From positions 127,801 through 191,800 of the forward strand of contig DEFH01000053.1 of the NCBI GenBank assembly GCA_002350705.1: DNA of 64,000 bases, given 5' to 3'. Under the pieces are notes generated by a model. It was not told the DNA's origin. It worked only from the letters and a program-made list of their open reading frames with translations, and did no database searches. Shown piece after piece: positions 37,340 through 46,292 of this stretch. The translations under genes were made by a program, and so were the position numbers. The stretch's first letter is position 1. Each line of letters opens with the position of its first letter. This stretch comes from Ruminococcaceae bacterium UBA2857. GTDB taxonomy: Bacteria > Bacillota > Clostridia > Oscillospirales > Acutalibacteraceae.

Positions 37340-37564
37340 TCAGTAATTATCCTCATCTTCATCATTTAATCTGTCGGTATCTTGAAATTCTTTTGTGAAA
37401 TCTTTGCGATAATCACAATCATTGCAATATAATTCAGCCCGATAATTATTGGGTGAGCCATCCGGCTCACAGTTTGTATCTAATTCCAATTCACCTCCGC
37501 AAACAGGACATTGCTGTGGAACATCTAATATATATCTATCCAATTCTTCATTATAATAAGGCAT
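37340..37564 (-). CDS. small zinc-ribbon protein with an acidic tail
   Basis: A 74-aa product with 'CPVCGG' and 'CNDCDY' (CxxC...CxxC) and the C-terminus 'DTDRLNDEDEDNY'. GGAGG lies upstream of the ATG. Confidence 0.45.
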   Translation of the reverse strand: MPYYNEELDRYILDVPQQCPVCGGELELDTNCEPDGSPNNYRAELYCNDCDYRKDFTKEFQDTDRLNDEDEDNY

Positions 37565-37746
37565 GGTATGACCTCCAATTGATTATAAATTAAATCCTAA
37601 AATCGTCATTACTATTTTAGCATACGAAGTAATATTTTGTCAATATAACTTTTAGAGTAAATTTTAAATTAAAAATAATGAATTGACAAACAGGTGCAAT
37701 AGCTGATATAATTTTGTTATCGGAATAATGGAAAGGGTTGACGCAA

Positions 37747-38838
37747 ATGAAAAAGGCTGTTGCATTGTCGATTGTATTGGGAATGGTATTGTGCGGCTGT
37801 TCCGCAAGTCAAAATAATCATGATACTTCAAGCAAAACAGAGGTTTCTGTTCAATCGGAGGTGAGCGAAGTTTCCAAGGAGGAAAGCAAACTTCCCGAAC
37901 CTGAAAGCAGAGATATTTTTGCAATGGACACCTACATGGTACTCAAAGCCTACGGCAGTAATGCCAAAAAAGCATTGGAAGAGTCCGAAAAGGAAATACA
38001 GCGGCTGGAAAATCTTTTCAGCGTGAATATTGCCGACAGTGATATTGCCCGAATCAATGCCAACAGCGGTAATCCTGTCACGGTGAATGTCAGCACCAAA
38101 ACCGCCATTGCCAAAGCCATAGAAATCGGGGATATGACAGACGGTGCCTTGGATATTACGGTATATCCTCTTGTGAGAGAGTGGGGCTTTACGACAGGTG
38201 ATTACAAAATCCCTGACGAATGGCTGATAGACTGGCATCTGGGAAACGTCGGCTATCAGAAAATTGTGATTAACGGCAATATTGTCACCGTGCCGACAGA
38301 GTTTGAAATTGACTTGGGTTCCGTCGCAAAGGGCTATGCAAGCGATGCTGTCGCACAGATATTGGTTGAAAACGGCATTACATCGGGATTGATCAATCTT
38401 GGCGGCAATGTGTATGCTTTGGGCAGAAAGCCTGACGGCAGCAAATGGAAGGTTGGCATTGAGAATCCCACAGATACAAGCAAAATGATAGGCTATTTGG
38501 AAGTACAGAACAAAGCCGTTATCACTTCGGGAAACTATGAGAGATTTTTTGAAGAGGACGGTAAAAAATACTGGCATATCATTGATCCGAAAACAGGCAG
38601 TCCGGCAGATAACGGTATTATTTCGGCAACGATTGTCGGAGATAACGGTCTGGACTGTGATGCACTGTCAACGGCATTGTTTGTCATGGGTACGGACAAG
38701 GCAATCGAGTTTTGCAAGGCACATAAAGAAATAGATGCGGTTCTTGTGACCAAGGATATGAAAATTTATGCCACAGACGGTCTGGAAAAAAATCTGACCA
38801 TGACAGACGGTCTGAAATGTGAGTTTATCAAGAGATGA
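37747..38838 (+). CDS. apbE: FAD:protein FMN transferase (ApbE family) lipoprotein
   Basis: The lipobox is 'LGMVLCGC'. 'MDTYM', 'DLGSVAKGYASD', 'SGNYERFF' and 'HIIDPKTG' are ApbE motifs. Confidence 0.85.
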   Translation: MKKAVALSIVLGMVLCGCSASQNNHDTSSKTEVSVQSEVSEVSKEESKLPEPESRDIFAMDTYMVLKAYGSNAKKALEESEKEIQRLENLFSVNIADSDIARINANSGNPVTVNVSTKTAIAKAIEIGDMTDGALDITVYPLVREWGFTTGDYKIPDEWLIDWHLGNVGYQKIVINGNIVTVPTEFEIDLGSVAKGYASDAVAQILVENGITSGLINLGGNVYALGRKPDGSKWKVGIENPTDTSKMIGYLEVQNKAVITSGNYERFFEEDGKKYWHIIDPKTGSPADNGIISATIVGDNGLDCDALSTALFVMGTDKAIEFCKAHKEIDAVLVTKDMKIYATDGLEKNLTMTDGLKCEFIKR

Positions 38839-39182
38839 AAAAGAAATATATAGGAGCGGTATGCATAGCGGCAGTCCTGATTTTGTGTATAATATGGATT
38901 GTGGTGCAGAACGTGACAAAAGTACAGGGAAATATTGCTGAAATCAGGGTAGCGAATGAAGTTGTACGGACGCTTGACCTCAGCAAAGATACGAAAATCA
39001 CGGTACAGGGCAAAAATAATATTACACTGGTTGTCATAGTGAGTAACGGCAGTGTATATGTGGAAAGTTCGGAATGTCCCGATAAGATATGTGTAAATAA
39101 AGGCAGAATTTCCAATGAATATGAAACGATAGTATGTTTGCCTGCACAGACGATTGTGGAAGTGAGAGGAAGTGTATCATGA
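38835..39182 (+). CDS. NusG domain II-containing (DUF1312-like) membrane-anchored protein
   Basis: An N-terminal TM helix followed by '...VYVESSECPDKICVNKGRISNEYETIVCLPAQTIVEV', which is characteristic of NusG_II proteins. It overlaps the apbE stop. Confidence 0.7.
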   Translation: MKKKYIGAVCIAAVLILCIIWIVVQNVTKVQGNIAEIRVANEVVRTLDLSKDTKITVQGKNNITLVVIVSNGSVYVESSECPDKICVNKGRISNEYETIVCLPAQTIVEVRGSVS

Positions 39183-39622
39183 AAGACCACAGTAAATTTT
39201 ATAACTGGCTGAGATTGATGGCGGTAGTCAATATCGTGCTTGGGGGATTTTTGCTGATATGGCTGATAGCGGGCGGAGCATTTGTTCCTCATGAAAGCGA
39301 TAATCTGCCATCTGCGTTTTACGCATCACCTGCTCAAAGAAGAATGTCAGATGTGCTGATTTTAGTGGCAGGATTGTCGGAAATCGGTTTTGGTATGTGT
39401 GATTTCATGTACAGGCTGAAAGCGGTCGGTGTCTTTGCTATTGTAAAGGCTGTAAGTCTTGTGGGACTTTGCTTGGTTTATAGGTATAATCCCTTCATAC
39501 CCGTTATTGCAATAGCATATTTTGTGTGCGGAATATATGCGTTCAAATGCAGTAGAGAGGAAAAAAATAACTTGAAACTGCAAAAGGAACCATCTGAAAC
39601 GACAAATTTGATTTTGAATTAA
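39179..39622 (+). CDS. hypothetical 4-TM membrane protein
   Basis: The ATG overlaps the upstream stop (ATGA). No family was recognised. Confidence 0.4.
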   Translation: MKDHSKFYNWLRLMAVVNIVLGGFLLIWLIAGGAFVPHESDNLPSAFYASPAQRRMSDVLILVAGLSEIGFGMCDFMYRLKAVGVFAIVKAVSLVGLCLVYRYNPFIPVIAIAYFVCGIYAFKCSREEKNNLKLQKEPSETTNLILN

Positions 39623-39702
39623 AAAAAATAAACATCTCCGAGTTGTATGATTCGGGGATGCTATTATTGTACAGTGATATTTTACGGAGTCGAGTATATC
39701 AT

Positions 39703-40296
39703 TCATAGTTCCAGTCCCCTTACGGGATACCGCAAAAATGCAAGCTGTCTGCGGATGTCTTCCGCAAGCAGGGGCTTCAGAATAAATCCACAGGCACCTG
39801 TCGTCCAGGCATCATACGAATAATTCATATATGCCGTCAGATAAATGACATTGGTATGTGGATTGATTTCCAAAAGCTCTTTGCACATTTGCAGTCCATT
39901 GGTTTTTCCCATCTCAATATCCAGAAACGCAAGTGCGACTTTGTTATTTTTGGCATACTTGACGGCATTGTCAGGTTCGGTAAATCCGATGACTTCTGCA
40001 TGGGGCACGATTTCCTGTAGAATGGACAGTTCTCCGTTGAGAATAATCGGTTCGTCATCCACTATCATGACAATCGGTTTAGAACTGTCGGTCTCGGCAG
40101 AGACAAGCAAAACCGAGACGTCCACATCCAGACATTCTGCCAGACGGAGTACCATGTCAATATTCGGTACACGACGGCCGTTTTCCCAGTTGGTAACAGT
40201 GGAACGGTCAACATACAGTTGTCTGGCAAGCTGCTGCTGCGAAAGATTTTTCTTTATTCTGAGCCGACAGAGTGTCTCTGCAAAGCTTTTATTCAT
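39703..40296 (-). CDS. response regulator with an N-terminal XRE-type HTH and a C-terminal receiver domain
   Basis: The HTH is 'LRIKKNLSQQQLARQLYVDRSTVTNWENGRR'. The receiver shows 'IVDDEP', 'AFLDIEM', 'YLTAY' and 'FILKP', so the acidic pocket, phospho-acceptor Asp, Thr and Lys are all present. Confidence 0.75.
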   Translation of the reverse strand: MNKSFAETLCRLRIKKNLSQQQLARQLYVDRSTVTNWENGRRVPNIDMVLRLAECLDVDVSVLLVSAETDSSKPIVMIVDDEPIILNGELSILQEIVPHAEVIGFTEPDNAVKYAKNNKVALAFLDIEMGKTNGLQMCKELLEINPHTNVIYLTAYMNYSYDAWTTGACGFILKPLLAEDIRRQLAFLRYPVRGLEL

Positions 40297-40389
40297 GATA
40301 CTCACGCTTCTTTCTGTATATATTATAATCGATTTGCGATTATATAACAAGTGGCTATGTAAATGTATGTTTCATTCTGACACATCCCC

Positions 40390-40419
40390 TTGACATGGAA
40401 AAAGGGGAATTATTATAAT
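40390..40419 (+). promoter_or_regulatory. sigma-A type promoter for the acyl-CoA synthetase-like gene
   Basis: TTGACA (40390-40395), an 18-nt spacer and TATAAT (40414-40419). Confidence 0.5.
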
Positions 40420-40529
40420 ATAAGGTGTGTTTGGTTGATATGTACAAAATAGATATTATTTTGCGAGCAATTTTACAAAAAAGGGACCATAAAATTCTGT
40501 GAAGAAAGACAGCAAAATGATGTTTTTTT

Positions 40530-40558
40530 ACGATATGAAATATATTTCGTATCGTTTT
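40530..40558 (+). terminator. terminator-like hairpin inside the 5' leader (possible attenuator)
   Basis: An 11-bp stem (ACGATATGAAA / TTTCGTATCGT, one G-U pair) with a TATA loop is followed by TTTT, about 30 nt before the start codon. Confidence 0.35.
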
Positions 40559-40586
40559 CAACTACCAAAATAAGGAGAACAGAAAA

Positions 40587-42329
40587 ATGGAGAAGAATGA
40601 AAATAAAAATCTGACAGGTTATCCGTCTGTGGATAAGCCCTGGCTGAAATATTATTCGGAGGATCTGATCAATACCCCATTACCGTCTGCGACGATTTAT
40701 GAACATATGTATCAACAGAACCGTGATTATCCGCAGGATATTGCCATCAGTTATCTGGGACGGGAAATCAGCTATAAAAATCTGTTTCAAAATATCGAAA
40801 ATGCGGCAAAAGCATTTATCACTGCCGGAGTGAAATGCGGTGATATTGTAACGGTTGCCCTTCCAAGCGTACCGGAGGCACTGTATTCTCTGTATGCCCT
40901 GAATAAAATAGGAGCGGTTGCCAATATGATTCATCCGCTGGCAGGACAGACTGATCTGATTTTTTACTTAAGGGAATCCGGCAGCAAAGTGGTTGTGCTG
41001 TTTGATGTAACGTATGAATCTCTGCGTGATGTTCTCAGCCGAACCAATGTCCGTCTGGCAGTTGTCGTATCGGCAGGCGATTCGCTGCCTTTTGGTCTGA
41101 AGCAGCTGTATTTTCTGAAAAATCCCAGAAAGTCTCTTCCGAAAGATGGTTCGGCAGTCTTATGGCAGTCGTTTATTCAGGCGGGAGAAAAAACACCTAT
41201 TCCCCAAATACGTAAAGATCCCGAAACGATGGCGGTTATTTCACATACAGGCGGCACAACCGGAAGTCCGAAAGGTGTGATGTGTTCCGATAACAGTATC
41301 AATGCCATGATTGTAATGACGGGACAGATCCTTTCCCCTGTCAGACAGGAACGGGCAATGGCAGTTTTGCCGCCGTTCATTAACTACAGTCTGGTCAATT
41401 CTATGCTGGAGCCGATTGCCTTTGGCGTTACCTGTGTTCTGATACCGAAATATGAGCCCGAGCGATTCTTTGAATATATGAAAAAATATAAACCGAATTA
41501 TATTGTTTCGATTCCGCCCTACTGGGAAGCACTGTTACAGTTGCCGGAACCTGCTTCATTGGATTTGTCGTGCCTGAAAGTAGGGATTTATGGCGGTGAG
41601 TCCATGGCAAAGCAGAATGAGACGGCTATCAATGAATTCCTGCTTTCGCATGGTGCAAAAAACAGACTGTCAACGGGCTTGGGAATGACAGAAGTGATTT
41701 GTGCGGCTACCCTGACATCTTTTGAGCATGATATGACAGGAAGTGTGGGAATTCCTCTTCCGCAAGTGACCTGCAAAATTGTTGTTCCCGAAGAAGAAAC
41801 AGAGTGTTCCTACGGACAGGACGGAGAAATCTGTTATGGAGGACCTACCCTGATGATAGGCTACTATCACAATCAGCAGGCAACAGATGATGTTGTCAAA
41901 GTTCATAAAGACGGTATCCGCTGGATTCATTCGGGCGACCTGGGACACATTGATGAAAACGGTATCCTGTATATTACCGGACGCATCAAGCGTATTGTGA
42001 TGACAAAGGGCAAAGACGGGAATATTACCAAACTGTTTCCGGTTCGTATCGAGGAGGCTATCAATTCTCATCCGGCTGTGCGTGTAAGCTGTGTGATCGG
42101 TATCAAGGATGAGGAACGTGTGAATTATCCCAGAGCAATCATTGAACTGAATGATAATTTTACGGCATCGGAGGAGTTGTCGGAAGAGATCATGGAGCAC
42201 TGCCGAAGACATCTTCCGGATTATTCATTGCCGGATGAAATTGTGTTCAGAGAGACACTTCCCCGTACTCCGCGAGGCAAGGTTGATTACCGTGCCCTGG
42301 AAAAAGAAGTACTGCTTTCCGAAGGATAA
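40587..42329 (+). CDS. AMP-binding enzyme (acyl-CoA synthetase / fatty-acid CoA ligase-like)
   Basis: 'ISHTGGTTGSPKGV' is the AMP-binding motif. Also present are 'GESM', 'GLGMTE', 'WIHSGDLG' and 'PRTPRGKVD'. Confidence 0.85.
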   Translation: MEKNENKNLTGYPSVDKPWLKYYSEDLINTPLPSATIYEHMYQQNRDYPQDIAISYLGREISYKNLFQNIENAAKAFITAGVKCGDIVTVALPSVPEALYSLYALNKIGAVANMIHPLAGQTDLIFYLRESGSKVVVLFDVTYESLRDVLSRTNVRLAVVVSAGDSLPFGLKQLYFLKNPRKSLPKDGSAVLWQSFIQAGEKTPIPQIRKDPETMAVISHTGGTTGSPKGVMCSDNSINAMIVMTGQILSPVRQERAMAVLPPFINYSLVNSMLEPIAFGVTCVLIPKYEPERFFEYMKKYKPNYIVSIPPYWEALLQLPEPASLDLSCLKVGIYGGESMAKQNETAINEFLLSHGAKNRLSTGLGMTEVICAATLTSFEHDMTGSVGIPLPQVTCKIVVPEEETECSYGQDGEICYGGPTLMIGYYHNQQATDDVVKVHKDGIRWIHSGDLGHIDENGILYITGRIKRIVMTKGKDGNITKLFPVRIEEAINSHPAVRVSCVIGIKDEERVNYPRAIIELNDNFTASEELSEEIMEHCRRHLPDYSLPDEIVFRETLPRTPRGKVDYRALEKEVLLSEG

Positions 42330-42352
42330 GCGGATTTTATGGCAAAAAACAA

Positions 42353-42387
42353 ACAGCAGGGAGATTTTTATCTCTCTGCTGTATTTT
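42353..42387. terminator. bidirectional terminator between convergent genes
   Basis: ACAGCAGGGAGAT-tttt-ATCTCTCTGCTGT, with an A-run before and a T-run after. Confidence 0.7.
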
Positions 42388-42390
42388 AAT

Positions 42391-43776
42391 TTATGAGGCA
42401 ATATGTAGAATCATGGTAACGATTCTCAAAGCGAACAGGGCAAAAGATACCCACATAATCGGATGAATCTCTTTGATTTTTCCCATGATGATTTTGAGAA
42501 GCACCCATAAAATGATACCGAACATAATCCCTGTTGCGATAGAGCTTGTGAAAGGCATCATAATGATGGCAACAAATCCTCCCAGTGTGTCAGCCATATC
42601 CTTTTCAAAATCCATTTTGGTAATATTCTTGACCATGAGCAGACCGACAAAAACCAGTGCGGGAGCTGTGGCAAATGACGGAATCGCCAGAAATACCGGA
42701 TAAAAAGCAAGTGACAAAAGAAACAGCAATGCGGAAACCAATGCTGTCAGACCGGTTCTTCCTCCGGCGGCAACACCGGTAGTGGATTCCACATAAGAAG
42801 TGACAGTGGATGTACCCATGACGGCACCTGCTACCGTTCCTACGGCATCCGCCATGAGAGCCCGGCCTACTCTGGGCAGATTGCCGTTTTCATCCAGCAT
42901 ATCACATTCCTGAGCCACGCCGATCAGTGTTCCTACGGTATCAAAAAGGTCAAGGAACAGGAAGGCGAATACGACTACTGCAAAATTGATGGGGTTTTCG
43001 ATGACATAACCGAAATCAAATCTGAAAAATGTTTCTGTTGACATGGCTTGTATGGGGGCGAACAGATTGTAGCCGTCAAAGTTCGGGATGACAGAATATA
43101 CACCTGCTGCTGCATCAACATGATACCAGCCTGTCAGTTCAGCCACGATCCCCAGTAACCATGTGACAACAATACCGATCAGAATGGCACCCTTGACTTT
43201 ATAATGCCATAGTGCGGCAATTAGTACGATTCCGATGATAGCAAGCACTACCTGAGGAGAACCGATATCTCCAAAGCCTGTCAGATTGGCAGGATCGGCA
43301 ACAATTATATTGGCTCCCTTCAGACCGACGATCACAATAAAAAGACCGATACCGGATGAAATACCGAGTTTCAGATTGGCAGGTACTTTGTTGACAAGCG
43401 TTTCACGAAATTTCACGAATGAAAGAAGAATGAAAATGATACCTTCTGCAAGAATTGCCGTCAGGGCAACGTGCCAGGGGTTTTTGATACCCTGCTGGGC
43501 AAGCTGAGGAACAACAGAATAGGCAAAGTACGCATTCAGTCCCATGCCCGAAGCCAGAACTACAGGATAATTGGCGAAAAATGCCATGATCATAGTAGCG
43601 AAAGCGGCAGAAACAGCAGTAGCCGCAAATACGGCTTGCTGAGACATTCCCGCATCTGCCAATATTCCCGGATTGACGGCAAGGATATATGCCATTGCCA
43701 GAAATGTCGTAACACCACCGATGATTTCATTTTTGACAGTAGTGTTGTTTTCTTTCAGCTTAAAGATTTTATCCAT
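42391..43776 (-). CDS. NCS2 family permease (adenine/guanine/hypoxanthine, AzgA/PbuG-like)
   Basis: 'FKLKENNTTVKNEIIGGVTTFLAMAYILAVNPGIL' and the C-terminal 'TSYVESTTGVAAGGRTGLT' are typical of AzgA-type purine permeases. Confidence 0.85.
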   Translation of the reverse strand: MDKIFKLKENNTTVKNEIIGGVTTFLAMAYILAVNPGILADAGMSQQAVFAATAVSAAFATMIMAFFANYPVVLASGMGLNAYFAYSVVPQLAQQGIKNPWHVALTAILAEGIIFILLSFVKFRETLVNKVPANLKLGISSGIGLFIVIVGLKGANIIVADPANLTGFGDIGSPQVVLAIIGIVLIAALWHYKVKGAILIGIVVTWLLGIVAELTGWYHVDAAAGVYSVIPNFDGYNLFAPIQAMSTETFFRFDFGYVIENPINFAVVVFAFLFLDLFDTVGTLIGVAQECDMLDENGNLPRVGRALMADAVGTVAGAVMGTSTVTSYVESTTGVAAGGRTGLTALVSALLFLLSLAFYPVFLAIPSFATAPALVFVGLLMVKNITKMDFEKDMADTLGGFVAIIMMPFTSSIATGIMFGIILWVLLKIIMGKIKEIHPIMWVSFALFALRIVTMILHIAS

Positions 43777-43836
43777 TTTTTAACCTCCGTTTTGTTTGAT
43801 TGTCGGTATGTTTAAAAAAACATATCTTTGTGTATT

Positions 43837-43865
43837 ATTATAGCATAATTTGTTTAGGCATACAA
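43837..43865 (-). promoter_or_regulatory. candidate promoter of the purine permease gene
   Basis: On the minus strand: TTGTAT, a 17-nt spacer and TGcTATAAT (extended -10). Confidence 0.45.
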
Positions 43866-43916
43866 CTATGATTTGTAACGATTCTTTTGTCAATGTGCTG
43901 TAGTCCGTGCAATAGT

Positions 43917-43955
43917 CAAAATACCGATGCAGAATGATTTTTTCTGCATCGGTAT
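43917..43955 (-). terminator. terminator of the lipoprotein gene
   Basis: A 14-bp perfect stem (ATACCGATGCAGAA / TTCTGCATCGGTAT). Confidence 0.6.
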
Positions 43956-43970
43956 TTCTTTCCGCAATCA

Positions 43971-44633
43971 TTATAATCCGTTTATCAAATCGGATAAATA
44001 CTGATCCCAGTCGTATTCGGTCAATCGTTCAAAGTAGTCAACATATCCGGAAGAATTGATACATTTCAATTCCTTACTTTCGGCGATATATTCAAATATA
44101 TCTTTTCGGCTTGTTATCTCACCATATGTATAAGTAACTGTCATACCATTGATGGTATAGGTGCCTTCACTGAAAACATGACTGCCCTCATTTGAGATAC
44201 GAGCTGTTCCGTCGGAGCGGAAAATATATATCAATGAGGAGGTATCTACCTTCATATCTTGACCTTGTGAGTTAATAAAATGTGTCATCATCCATGAACC
44301 GACAATATCTGATTGAGACAGTGTTTCCTGAATAGTGGAATGTTGTTGGTAGTAATCTTCATAGTAGGAAGATGGTCTTTGATAGCCGTTAAATGATGAT
44401 TCCTGATTGTTGATTTCGGAAGTGGTTTGAGAGCTTTCCGGTTTGCTGATTTCGGAAGCAGTTTGAGAGCTTTCCGGTTTGCTGATTTCAGAATTCATTT
44501 GAGAGTTTTCTTCTATATCGGGTATGTCAGAAAAAACAGAAATTTGTTCGGAAATTTCCTTGTCATTTCCGCAGCCGGATGTCAGGGTACATGAAAGCGT
44601 ACATACCATTAAAGCAATTATTATCTTTTTCAT
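43971..44633 (-). CDS. lipoprotein with a Ser/Glu-rich tandem repeat linker and a lipocalin-like C-terminal domain
   Basis: The lipobox is 'LTSGCGN'. 'SEISKPESSQTA' repeats are present. The family of the C-terminal beta-rich domain is not certain. Confidence 0.55.
   Translation of the reverse strand: MKKIIIALMVCTLSCTLTSGCGNDKEISEQISVFSDIPDIEENSQMNSEISKPESSQTASEISKPESSQTTSEINNQESSFNGYQRPSSYYEDYYQQHSTIQETLSQSDIVGSWMMTHFINSQGQDMKVDTSSLIYIFRSDGTARISNEGSHVFSEGTYTINGMTVTYTYGEITSRKDIFEYIAESKELKCINSSGYVDYFERLTEYDWDQYLSDLINGL
44411..44510. repeat. 36-nt tandem repeat (about 2.8 copies) in the lipoprotein linker
   Basis: TGATTTCGGAAG(T/C)(G/A)GTTTGAGAGCTTTCCGGTTTGC occurs twice, followed by a degenerate third copy. 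Confidence 0.8.
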
Positions 44634-44663
44634 GATTTTGTCTCTCCTTATTATTCAGAAAAA

Positions 44664-45395
44664 TTAAATTTTTTCTAACAATACTTTCTTTTTTTCGTTG
44701 AATTCCTCTTCTGTAAGAATCCCCATTGTTTTTAACCGATCCAACTTTTCAAGCTGTGCAAATATATCATTTTCTGATGAAGTTTCCTTTTTGGTGTTTT
44801 GAAATTGTTCGGTAATATTATGCTGTCGGAGCAGTGCCATCAACTCACGGCACGTGGCGGCCTGCTGATAGATATTGATACCTGTCATCATTTCTATTCT
44901 TAAGGTAAGCTTTTGTCCTTCTGCGTCTGTATAAAAGATACAGATCACATTTTCCTGCTGCTGGTTGGCATTGTCTCCTGCACCAAGAAGAATTTCTTCT
45001 GTACTGATGGTTCTTTTTTCGATTGTCAGCTCTGAAATCTGATGGTAGGGAATATCGTAATCGTTGAACCAGTCTTTTGTTCCGATTGTTGGCCTGAAAG
45101 CGAAGTGATCAGGCATGATGTTCATACCGATAAATCCGGATTTCTTTTTAGGGTATGCCGGAATACCGCCAATATAGGCAACGGTATATCGTTTGATAGC
45201 TTCCTCTAACGGCTGTGCCAGTTCTTTTCTTGTACTGTTCCATTCCTTCATTTTAGCGGAACTTTCACCAACGGATTTTTTGACGGAATCCCTGACAGAG
45301 GAGAATTTTTCGGAAATCTGATACTGTTCTGAAAAATTGGTTGCTTTTTCCTTTGCCTTAGAAGCTGATTGTTTGATTTTGTCCATGAATCCCAT
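44664..45395 (-). CDS. SHOCT-domain protein with a PH-like middle region
   Basis: The C-terminal 'DIFAQLEKLDRLKTMGILTEEEFNEKKKVLLEKI' fits the SHOCT pattern. Confidence 0.55.
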   Translation of the reverse strand: MGFMDKIKQSASKAKEKATNFSEQYQISEKFSSVRDSVKKSVGESSAKMKEWNSTRKELAQPLEEAIKRYTVAYIGGIPAYPKKKSGFIGMNIMPDHFAFRPTIGTKDWFNDYDIPYHQISELTIEKRTISTEEILLGAGDNANQQQENVICIFYTDAEGQKLTLRIEMMTGINIYQQAATCRELMALLRQHNITEQFQNTKKETSSENDIFAQLEKLDRLKTMGILTEEEFNEKKKVLLEKI

Positions 45396-45483
45396 AGATG
45401 ATACCTCCTGAAATTTTTTTCAATTCCTATTATAGCAATCCATGCGGACATTTATATGTCCCTCTGAAATATTGTTGGCAGAT

Positions 45484-45535
45484 AAAAAATCCCCCGATGA
45501 CATACATTGCTGTATGTAAAATCGGGGGATTTTTG
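45484..45535. terminator. bidirectional terminator hairpin
   Basis: AATCCCCCGAT ... ATCGGGGGATT has an inner ACATAC/GTATGT hairpin, with an A-run before and a T-run after. Confidence 0.65.
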
Positions 45536-45569
45536 AAAGGGGGACTTGAACGGTAAAAGTCTCCCTTTC
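45535..45569 (-). terminator. second GC-rich hairpin directly downstream of the gatD-like gene
   Basis: GAAAGGGGGACTT / AAGTCTCCCTTTC, a 13-bp stem with one G-U pair. There is no clean U-run, so its function is unclear. Confidence 0.35.
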
Positions 45570-45633
45570 CGAAGTTAATTATATGAACTTTTTTCTTTGT
45601 GTGAGATGATCCTATCAAAGTGTGCCATCAATT

Positions 45634-46281
45634 TCATTGTGACAGTACAACATTTTTCAGGTCAGTGCTTTGGCTTGTCTGATAAGCTTGTTCTTCAAAG
45701 GAATAATCGGCTTGGTCGGGATTACGGGAACTTTTTGTTTTAACCAGCAGTTTTCTGATGAGATAATCGGTCAGCTTGGGATTTCTGACAAGCAGAGGTC
45801 CTATTATATAGGTAAGAAGAAAGTTATCTTCCAGAATTATTTTTTCGTCACAGTCAAGAGTGCCTCTGTGATTTTCAAAACCGATAATATTACTGTCAAA
45901 CAGGGGTGTTTTGAGGCAGACATCACAGACAGTTCTTTCTTCCGGATAAGTAACGGTATAATCAAAGATACCGAGAGCAGATTTTCCGAAAAGTTCAATA
46001 CTGTTGCCTGTTGCCACAAGAAAGCCGCCATTTGCTTTGTATGCAGCAATGTCTTTTTTGTAGGGGAGAATATCTTCCAGAGCAAGCTTCAGATTATTTT
46101 CCGTACCTGAGCCGACAAATACAATGTCGTAATCAGCAAAATTGATTTTGTCACCGAAACGGAGTTTGTCTAATGTAATTTCTTCACCGATTTCACACAA
46201 ATGATAGGCAAGTGCTTTGACATTGCCCGTATCACCGTAGAGATTCAGCAGGTCATCATAAATATTTGCAATTTTTATCAC
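45634..46281 (-). CDS. gatD: GatD-like (CobQ-type GATase) subunit of lipid II isoglutaminyl synthase, with the catalytic residues substituted
   Basis: 'NLYGDTGN', 'IGFENHRG' and its position after murT identify the family. The nucleophile region reads 'FLVATGNSIELFGK' with no Cys, and the His region reads 'TYIIGPLL' with no His. Confidence 0.7.
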   Translation of the reverse strand: MIKIANIYDDLLNLYGDTGNVKALAYHLCEIGEEITLDKLRFGDKINFADYDIVFVGSGTENNLKLALEDILPYKKDIAAYKANGGFLVATGNSIELFGKSALGIFDYTVTYPEERTVCDVCLKTPLFDSNIIGFENHRGTLDCDEKIILEDNFLLTYIIGPLLVRNPKLTDYLIRKLLVKTKSSRNPDQADYSFEEQAYQTSQSTDLKNVVLSQ

Positions 46282-46292
46282 GGAAAATCACC

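Noticed and set aside
43777-43970. Possible purine riboswitch upstream of the NCS2 purine permease gene (minus strand).
   Set aside because: Reading the reverse complement shows a promoter (TTGTAT-17-TGcTATAAT) and only about 50 nt of leader. There is no three-way junction and none of the conserved purine-riboswitch loop sequences. The hairpin at 43921-43955 is the terminator of the upstream lipoprotein gene.
45396-45633. The 238-nt gap between the SHOCT gene and the gatD-like gene as a possible small RNA or tRNA.
   Set aside because: It contains two simple GC-rich hairpins best explained as terminators. There is no cloverleaf and no promoter-plus-terminator unit. An sRNA cannot be excluded without expression data.
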